A DNA stretch of 64,000 nt from Victivallales bacterium (lineage in GTDB: Bacteria > Verrucomicrobiota > Lentisphaeria > Victivallales > GWF2-38-69): assembly GCA_965228125.1 (NCBI GenBank), contig OZ245791.1, positions 257,596 through 321,595 of the forward strand. The letters run 5' to 3'. This document shows, piece by piece, positions 54,952 to 61,650 of the stretch. Position 1 is the first letter of the stretch, and every line of letters begins with the position of its first letter. The position numbers were made by a program, and so were the translations under genes. The notes under the pieces were generated by a model. It saw only the letters and a list, made by a program, of their open reading frames with translations, was not told the DNA's origin and did not search any database.

Positions 54952-55296
54952 TTAATTACTCCTTGTAGAAATATATGGATTCCGTTTTTGCTGTTTTGGA
55001 TGCGGATTAATCGTGTCTCCTCTCATAAGCAGGTCTATTAAATCCTTCTGATATGCAGGCGGTTTCCCTATCCTGAATATTTTCAGGTAAACCATTACTA
55101 GAAGTAGAGGCATGATACTTACTGTTATTGCATTTATCAGCGGAAGCTTTATAAAACCAATTAGCAGTATCAGTAAGAACATAGTACTAAGCACTCCGGC
55201 TAGAAGTACAATAAAAAGATTGCCTTCAAGTCCGAAAGCCACGCCTTGTGATACCTTCATTGCGCTTGATGTCGATATTTTAAGCTCTTCATCCAT
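54952..55296 (-). CDS. VirB3-like small membrane protein
   Basis: 114 aa with two adjacent TM helices. Immediately upstream of virB4. Confidence 0.5.
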   Translation of the reverse strand: MDEELKISTSSAMKVSQGVAFGLEGNLFIVLLAGVLSTMFLLILLIGFIKLPLINAITVSIMPLLLVMVYLKIFRIGKPPAYQKDLIDLLMRGDTINPHPKQQKRNPYISTRSN

Positions 55297-55324
55297 TTTT
55301 CATCTGCCTGTTTATTCGTATATG

Positions 55325-55645
55325 TTATTGAAAATCGAAGTTGGTGGCCTGGACAGCATCGCCCATACCCATGATAGTAAATATTATTCCGACTATAAGT
55401 ATTGAAGCAGGAATCCAGAGCCCAGCTATCATGGCATTATAGGCATCACTGTCACCTTTCTTTTTTGCTTGAACGCCATGCCAGATAACTATCAGACACC
55501 ATGGAACTGAAACCACATACATAATTCCCTGTAATGTTCCGATCCCTTCTTTCAGAGTGGTTCCTTCGTCTCCAGCAAAGATGAAGTTAGAGATAAAAAA
55601 CATAGCTATAGTTACATACCATCTGTACAATCTTTTTATTAACAT
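55325..55645 (-). CDS. VirB2/TrbC-like pilin candidate
   Basis: 106 aa. Signal-like N-terminus plus two hydrophobic helices separated by a basic loop (QAKKKGD). Confidence 0.45.
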   Translation of the reverse strand: MLIKRLYRWYVTIAMFFISNFIFAGDEGTTLKEGIGTLQGIMYVVSVPWCLIVIWHGVQAKKKGDSDAYNAMIAGLWIPASILIVGIIFTIMGMGDAVQATNFDFQ

Positions 55646-55663
55646 TTTTACATTCCTTTCAGT

Positions 55664-56569
55664 TTAATTATTGATGATCATTATCTTGTTATTTCTAAGG
55701 TCGGCCTGAATCATTCCGTCAGCCAGAAAGCCATTAAGCAATCTGTTTGAAACAGCTGTCTGCACGGTAGTTTCTATACAATTTCGCAAAGGTCTTGCTC
55801 CCATGTTACGGTCAATACCATTTCGTATTACATAATTAAGGAGAGTGCTGTCGTATGAGATGTTCTGCCCAAGAAGTTTTATGCGGTTGATTTCGGAATT
55901 AAGCATACATTGCGCAATTTCTTTTTGGGTGTCATATTCGAGCTTCTTAAATACGCAGATATTCGATATTCTGGCTACAAATTCAGGTCTTAGGACAGAT
56001 TTAAGTTCGAGCATTATAGCTTTCTTTACTCTTCCATAAGTGAGGTACTTTGAATCCTTTATTCTTCCTGAACCAATATTGGATGTAAAAACAATATAGA
56101 AGTTTGAAAGATTATATTTCGCTCCTCTGGCAAGAGTGACTGTGGCCGTATCAAGAATCTGTAAAAACAGATCCAGAATCCTTTTATCCGCTTTTTCCAT
56201 TTCATCAAAGAGAAGAACACCCTCATCATGTTTTTTCAGGACTTCCTCAAGTCTTCCAATGTGTCCAGATTCATCGCCCCTGAATTCCTTGATACTGTCA
56301 AAGTGCATGAATTCAGACATATCAAATCTGTGAAGTCTTCCTTTACCGAATAAATAATCGCTGAATGTCAGAGTAATTTCGGTTTTCCCTACTCCTGTCG
56401 GCCCTAGGAAAAGGAATGATCCTTTTGGCCTGTCTTTGGACTTTAATCCAAACTCTCCATTTTGTAGCACTTGTACTATTTCAGGTATTACATGATTCTG
56501 TCCTTTGATTTTTAATTTGAGCGTAGTTTCCAGTAGTTTTAATTTGCCTGCCATTGATAAATCAATCAT
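55664..56569 (-). CDS. Stand-alone Clp/Hsp100 D2-type AAA+ ATPase (AAA_2 + ClpB_D2-small-like)
   Basis: 301 aa. LKIKGQNHVIPEI..., Walker A FLGPTGVGKTE, Walker B VLLFDEMEKA, sensor region RPEFVARI and GARPLRNCIE, as in ClpA/B/V second nucleotide-binding domains. No N-domain, D1 or middle domain. Confidence 0.8.
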   Translation of the reverse strand: MIDLSMAGKLKLLETTLKLKIKGQNHVIPEIVQVLQNGEFGLKSKDRPKGSFLFLGPTGVGKTEITLTFSDYLFGKGRLHRFDMSEFMHFDSIKEFRGDESGHIGRLEEVLKKHDEGVLLFDEMEKADKRILDLFLQILDTATVTLARGAKYNLSNFYIVFTSNIGSGRIKDSKYLTYGRVKKAIMLELKSVLRPEFVARISNICVFKKLEYDTQKEIAQCMLNSEINRIKLLGQNISYDSTLLNYVIRNGIDRNMGARPLRNCIETTVQTAVSNRLLNGFLADGMIQADLRNNKIMIINN

Positions 56570-56889
56570 TTTTCTTCTTCCTTCACTCCTGAATAATTAA
56601 TATTTTGAACTACCTTTGAGCCGCCCCTGTCAAACTCAATGCTTCCCTGCCCTTCATAGGAATAAACCGTCCTGTAGTCGTTATCGGTTTTCCATGGAAT
56701 AAGATCAGCCCGCCAGGTTTTTTCCTGTGAGACATCATTAGGAGCGTCAAGGATGTCTATTACTTCACCTCTTGTCATTCCTGATTTAACCTGTGACATA
56801 GGAGACTTTTCCGGGATATTGCTGCAGCCTGTAATTACCACACTGCTAAAAACACTTCCGCTAAGGATTAATTTGATGAGTATATTCAT
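56566..56889 (-). CDS. Lipoprotein, SmpA/OmlA (BamE-like) motif
   Basis: Lipobox VVITGC. GMTRGEVIDILDAPN resembles BamE-like proteins. 4-nt overlap with the AAA+ gene. Confidence 0.5.
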   Translation of the reverse strand: MNILIKLILSGSVFSSVVITGCSNIPEKSPMSQVKSGMTRGEVIDILDAPNDVSQEKTWRADLIPWKTDNDYRTVYSYEGQGSIEFDRGGSKVVQNINYSGVKEEEK

Positions 56890-56907
56890 ATTCCCTTTGC
56901 TTTATGA

Positions 56908-57165
56908 TTAGAGTTCGATAGTTGACAACTCGTGCCGGGTTATGGGATTTTTCATCAGATAATATCTGATCTGACCACGGCTGTACATGAAGTTCTGGTT
57001 TTTCAGAAAGTCCGCTATTTTTGCAACAGACATTCCTTTACTCTTCAGAATGACAAGCACCTCTCTTATCACATTCAAAGGCGGAGACATTGCCAGGCTG
57101 CTTGCGTTGTTTTTTACACTTTGAACTTTTTCGATTAAAAGTCCGTTTAGATTTTCATTTGTCAT
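56908..57165 (-). CDS. Small putative DNA-binding protein, first gene of the T4SS operon
   Basis: 85 aa with an HTH-like segment GMSVAKIADFLKNQNFMYSRGQIRYYL. Weak call. Confidence 0.35.
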   Translation of the reverse strand: MTNENLNGLLIEKVQSVKNNASSLAMSPPLNVIREVLVILKSKGMSVAKIADFLKNQNFMYSRGQIRYYLMKNPITRHELSTIEL

Positions 57166-57275
57166 TTAAGCATTTACCTCACTCTTTTATGGGTTTGTAC
57201 CTGAAGCAACTATTTCCATCTTTTTTCGATTTTTATAATTGCAAAAGAGAGAGTCATAAATACATTCGGTTGTTT

Positions 57276-57327
57276 TTCATTACATAAATTAGGATTATTT
57301 GCAAACATGTAATGATTCATTACATAA
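57276..57327. promoter_or_regulatory. Operator-like repeats: TTCATTACATAA (57276..57287) and a 19-bp palindrome ATGTAATGA-T-TCATTACAT (57307..57325) containing a second TTCATTACATAA copy
   Basis: Read directly, in the divergent region between the T4SS operon and the XRE-PAS gene, just upstream of the probable start ATG 57336. Confidence 0.55.
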
Positions 57328-59141
57328 GAGGGAGTATGGAATTTTATTTTGAAAAATTTAAAACTATCAGAGAGCAAAAAAATATTGCTGTAAAAGAAAT
57401 ATCTATTGCACTCAATAAACATAGAGTAACTGTCTGGGCATGGGAAAGCGGCAAGCAAAAACCTTGTCTTTCAGACATAAGGGAATTAGCTAAGATTTTA
57501 CATGTTGATATATCTGAGATCTCAGATATTAAAACAGGTCTAACAGATGATAGCGATTCTTCGAATATTGCAGATAATATCAGCGCCCCTCTTTCAATTG
57601 AAGACAGAATTTATTTACAAGGCATTGAGCATGAACTTCTGGCTTTAAGGAAAAAGGTTAGTTATCTGCAAAGAGAAAAAAAGGAACTCCAAAGCATTGC
57701 CAACAACATTCAGACCTTGATATATAGGAAGGATTCCAGTCTTAAATTTGTCTTTGCTAATAAAGCTTTTCTTGAAACTCTTAACCTCTCTACTAACAAA
57801 CTTGTAGGAACTAACAACTCCAGTTTGTTTTTAGGAGAAGAAATGAGCCTTGTTCATTCCTTGGAGGTGCGGATTCTTAAAGGCGAAAGAATTACAAATC
57901 ATGAGATTATAATTCCTGGCACAAGAAGACAACGAAAGGGCTATTTTTCAGGTAATCCTATATATGATAATAATGGAATCATATCAGGAATCGCCGTTTC
58001 TATAGAGGATATCACCGACAAATCTATAGCCATAGCAAGATATAAGCAGCTCGAAGATGCAGTTAATTTATCTCAGGATATTCTCTGGATTAAAGATATC
58101 AGGAACGAAAATAGTTATTCCTTCATCAGCAGTTCGATAGATAGGATCACAGGTTATAAAATCAAGCATTTTAATAACAATGTGAGATTCTGGATTGATA
58201 CCGTTGTTCATCCTGATTCTAAAAGGCATGTTCTGGAGTTTTACAAGAAGAGAAACTGGGAAAAACCAGTTGATTATAAAATACTAACTGCCAATGGGGA
58301 AATTAAATATCTCCGGGAAAAGTGCTATTCTGAAAATGGGATGCAGTTTGGTGTAATTGAAGATAGAACAAGCAAAATGGAAGCTGAAAAATATCAGTTA
58401 CTGCTTCTTGATATTATACACAAAGTTCCCTATGTCATATGGCTGTCAAGCGATTACGGCAAGAAGGTTGACATGATTACAGATACATATAAACCTTATC
58501 TGGATTCTAATTCAAAGTTTGTCCTCAACAGCCAGGAAATGTATGAAAAATTTATTCATCCGGAAGACACTCAAAAATACATTGACTGGAAAGAGTCGAT
58601 TAGCGACTCTAAATGGTGGAATAACAAGTCTGCAAAGACCATCAAAACCTCTCTTAAGTACAAGTTATTACTGAATGGAAAGAGTGTCTGGGTGGAAGAG
58701 CAGATTTTTTCAGATCCCATGTTAAGGAAAAAAGGCATCAGATATGGCATTCTGAGAGATATTACAGAAGAAATCCAGAATTCAACAACCTTAAGACTTT
58801 TGAAAGATGTCATTAATAAAGTCGATGACCTTATATGGGTTTGTACACCGCCGCCTAATGCCAGATATTTGTATATAAGTAATGCTATAGAGAAAATATG
58901 GGGAAGATCAGTCGAGGAATTTAAAGATGATGCAAAGAGATGGCTGGAATTTATTCATCCTGATGATAGAGATACTGAAAAAGAAGTTATTGAAAAGGAT
59001 AAATTTCCAATGCATAGAACCTACAGAATTATTCGTCCTGACGGCAAAACAAGAAAACTGCAAAGCTCCAGCTTCAGGGATATAGATGAAAACGGAAATA
59101 TAGTTGATTTTGGAGTAATCAGAGATATTACAGACAGGTAG
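57312..59141 (+). CDS. XRE-family HTH regulator fused to about four PAS domains
   Basis: N-terminal HTH_3 (IREQKNIAVKEISIALNKHRVTVWAWESGKQKPCLSDIRELAKILHVDISEI). Repeated PAS endings follow (AVSIEDITDK, GVIEDRTSK, GILRDITEE, GVIRDITDR). The likely true start is ATG 57336 behind AAGAGGGAG. Confidence 0.8.
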   Translation: MIHYIRGSMEFYFEKFKTIREQKNIAVKEISIALNKHRVTVWAWESGKQKPCLSDIRELAKILHVDISEISDIKTGLTDDSDSSNIADNISAPLSIEDRIYLQGIEHELLALRKKVSYLQREKKELQSIANNIQTLIYRKDSSLKFVFANKAFLETLNLSTNKLVGTNNSSLFLGEEMSLVHSLEVRILKGERITNHEIIIPGTRRQRKGYFSGNPIYDNNGIISGIAVSIEDITDKSIAIARYKQLEDAVNLSQDILWIKDIRNENSYSFISSSIDRITGYKIKHFNNNVRFWIDTVVHPDSKRHVLEFYKKRNWEKPVDYKILTANGEIKYLREKCYSENGMQFGVIEDRTSKMEAEKYQLLLLDIIHKVPYVIWLSSDYGKKVDMITDTYKPYLDSNSKFVLNSQEMYEKFIHPEDTQKYIDWKESISDSKWWNNKSAKTIKTSLKYKLLLNGKSVWVEEQIFSDPMLRKKGIRYGILRDITEEIQNSTTLRLLKDVINKVDDLIWVCTPPPNARYLYISNAIEKIWGRSVEEFKDDAKRWLEFIHPDDRDTEKEVIEKDKFPMHRTYRIIRPDGKTRKLQSSSFRDIDENGNIVDFGVIRDITDR

Positions 59142-59143
59142 TT

Positions 59144-59683
59144 ATGAAATTTGTTAATAAAGATTTATGCCATAAAATATGTAAAAAGCCTGAACGGATA
59201 GTCTGGGTCGTAACAAACTATAAGAAACTCAATATCTGCCCGATTGGCTGGAAGATGTTGACATCCAAAGAACCGCCTATGTTTGCCGTTAGTGTCTATA
59301 ACAAACATTATACACATAAGGCTATTTCCGAAACAGGGGAATTTGTTGTTTCGTGGCTTGGAAAGAATCTGGCAGAAGAAACTTATTTCTGCGGGACTAA
59401 CTCCGGAAATAATATCGACAAAATGAGTTTATTACCGAATCTAAAATTTGGCAAACCGGAAATTGTATCCGTTCCGATTATTGAAAATGCCGTTGCCAAT
59501 TATGAATGCAGACTGGCTCATAAACTCATTACAGGTGATCATACGATCTTTGTCGGAGAGATTTTGACTGTCTGGTCAACAGATAATCCGGAGAAGATAC
59601 TCTGTTCAATTGATGATTCAACGGGCTATGAAAAAGTGCTCGAGAAAGGCAGATTTAAGTTTGGGATTGTAGGCAATATCTAA
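59144..59683 (+). CDS. Flavin reductase-like domain protein
   Basis: 179 aa. The pattern PPMFAVSV...GEFVVSW...GDHTIFVGEI is typical of the Flavin_Reduct fold. Starts 2 nt after the XRE-PAS stop. Confidence 0.7.
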   Translation: MKFVNKDLCHKICKKPERIVWVVTNYKKLNICPIGWKMLTSKEPPMFAVSVYNKHYTHKAISETGEFVVSWLGKNLAEETYFCGTNSGNNIDKMSLLPNLKFGKPEIVSVPIIENAVANYECRLAHKLITGDHTIFVGEILTVWSTDNPEKILCSIDDSTGYEKVLEKGRFKFGIVGNI

Positions 59684-59685
59684 AA

Positions 59686-61626
59686 TCATGTTTTATTACT
59701 TAGGTATTTCTGCAGTTTATTCTGCTTGTTAATGATGTCAATAAAGGATTTATTTCTAGCTTCGGCATCAGCAATTATTGTCGAAGCACAAATAACATAA
59801 ATAAAAGCGTTTATTTTTTCATAAAACCTATAGTACATCGGCCTATCGGTAGAAAATAAAGCTTGATATCCATCTTCTAATAACAATGTAGAAAAATCGT
59901 CATCTATATCAGTAACTAAAAATGCCCATACTTCTTTAATATTATTTTTCGATTTAAATGCTTTTACATATTCTCGTAATTGCACTAGCCCTGCAAATTT
60001 CTTTCTGGCTGGTTTACTGGAATAGTCAAATGGCTTTATTTCAACAACAACAGACTTTATGTCGCTACAGGCCGTATTTGGTTCTCGTTGAAAGAACAAA
60101 GATATATCAGGTTTATCTCCATCTATATCTGTTCCTGCCTCTAAGTTAATATTTTTTAGAATACTTTTTATTGTTTTATCACTTGCTGCATAAGAGTAAC
60201 TTATAAAACGATCATCTAAAAGCCACAAGTTATTCTTGCCTATGCAATAATAATTATCATCAGTATTTTTAGGCATGAATAAATTGTGAATGAATTTTTC
60301 AACCTTTTCTTTTTTGGTATGCATAGTTTTCAAACGATCAATAATAATGACTCTGTCTTGAATATATGAAACCAATTCATTTTGTGTCAATGCTATGGCT
60401 TCCTGTAATTCTGTATCAGAATAACTATCATGGCCAATATTAGAAATAAGGCTTTCTTTGGCTAAATCGAATTTTCTTTTAGCTTTATCAATAATTTGTT
60501 TTTTGTCAATAAAACCAGCGATATCAATGTCATCATCATCTATGTATTCAATAAGATAAGGCCTTTCGTCTTGAATTGATGATAATTGTCCTTTATTAAT
60601 TTTAATGGCCTCAGGAATTTCATTTTTTATTATATTTGATATTAAGGGCTTCAAACTATTATTTATTATTTCCCAAGAAATGGGTAAATAAGCATCTGTC
60701 TTCTTGGGCATTATCGTAAATTCGTTTCTATCATTGGCTACATTCTCATCAAGATATTTCGATTCAAGCAAAAAATATCCTGAGTAGCCTTCCGGAATTG
60801 AAATCTTAAAGTCTTGCTCGGAAAATGAGGAAACTGTCCTTTTGTTAGCACAATAGAATGAATGAAATAAACCAGTTTTTTTCTCTAGCTGATACGTAAA
60901 AGTGAATTTATAAGTTTCTCCATCTGAAGTTGGAATGCTGAAAGAATCATTCTTAAAATCAGGAATGTCAGAATTTGAAATAGTTTCACATTTCCCGGTT
61001 GCAACATCTATGAATTCAATTTTGATATTTTTACCATTTTCCTTATAAAAGTAAAGAGTTGGTATCAGGCTACTTAATATATCTTCTTTAATTTTTACTA
61101 AGTCCAAAGACAATCTTTTTTCGGCAAATTTCCATTTAGTATAATAATCATTAGTTATACCTTTTAATTCCAAGGTAGTTCTATTCTCTTCTAAAGAAGA
61201 ATCATCTAAATTTTCTTTTAACGGTTCAATATTATCTAAAGAAAAATTCAAAGGAAAAGTAACCTTATACTTATCTTTGGCTAAGTAGCTTACATAGGAT
61301 ACACTTTCGAATAATTTTAAAAATAATAGCCGTCCTACACCCTTGCAGCCTAATTCTATTTTATGTGCAGTGCGGTAGTCTTTAAAAGATTTTATATTTT
61401 CATCTGTGAACCCTTCACCATTATCGATAACCTTAATTTCATCTATTTTCCTTTCATCTATCTCTCCATTATCATCTTTCAACACAGGTTGATAAGAATA
61501 AAGTTCGCATTTAATAGAGAATGCATTAGCCTGAACAGAATTAGAAATTGCCTCTAATATTATATGTCGTTGCGTAATTTTGTTGCTTATATCTTCTTTT
61601 ACTATTCTTTGAATATTTGTACTCAT
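59686..61626 (-). CDS. GHKL (HATPase_c_3/MORC-like) ATPase with C-terminal PD-(D/E)xK nuclease-like module
   Basis: 646 aa. N-box EAISNSVQANA, G1 box VIDNGEGF, G2 box GCKGVGRL. The C-terminus EKFIHNLFMP...NLWLLDDRF...KPDISLFF...VVVEIKP gives E...D...ExK. Confidence 0.65.
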   Translation of the reverse strand: MSTNIQRIVKEDISNKITQRHIILEAISNSVQANAFSIKCELYSYQPVLKDDNGEIDERKIDEIKVIDNGEGFTDENIKSFKDYRTAHKIELGCKGVGRLLFLKLFESVSYVSYLAKDKYKVTFPLNFSLDNIEPLKENLDDSSLEENRTTLELKGITNDYYTKWKFAEKRLSLDLVKIKEDILSSLIPTLYFYKENGKNIKIEFIDVATGKCETISNSDIPDFKNDSFSIPTSDGETYKFTFTYQLEKKTGLFHSFYCANKRTVSSFSEQDFKISIPEGYSGYFLLESKYLDENVANDRNEFTIMPKKTDAYLPISWEIINNSLKPLISNIIKNEIPEAIKINKGQLSSIQDERPYLIEYIDDDDIDIAGFIDKKQIIDKAKRKFDLAKESLISNIGHDSYSDTELQEAIALTQNELVSYIQDRVIIIDRLKTMHTKKEKVEKFIHNLFMPKNTDDNYYCIGKNNLWLLDDRFISYSYAASDKTIKSILKNINLEAGTDIDGDKPDISLFFQREPNTACSDIKSVVVEIKPFDYSSKPARKKFAGLVQLREYVKAFKSKNNIKEVWAFLVTDIDDDFSTLLLEDGYQALFSTDRPMYYRFYEKINAFIYVICASTIIADAEARNKSFIDIINKQNKLQKYLSNKT

Positions 61627-61650
61627 ATATATTGCCCGTCCCGTCTTTTA

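Larger units (their letters stand above)
44008..57165 (-). mobile_element. Type IV secretion / conjugative-transfer gene module (VirB/Trb-like order)
   Basis: 15 co-directional genes with tiny gaps or overlaps. VirB4 and the coupling protein are recognisable by Walker motifs. The others are assigned by size, topology and conserved order B2-B3-B4-(lipoprotein)-B5-B6-B8-B9-(coiled coil)-B10-(lipoprotein)-D4. Confidence 0.75.

Noticed and set aside
57210-57458. Track ORF 57210..57458(-), 82 aa
   Set aside because: It spans the divergent promoter/operator region and runs antisense into the XRE-PAS gene. Its product is hydrophobic and low-complexity, and it has no RBS.
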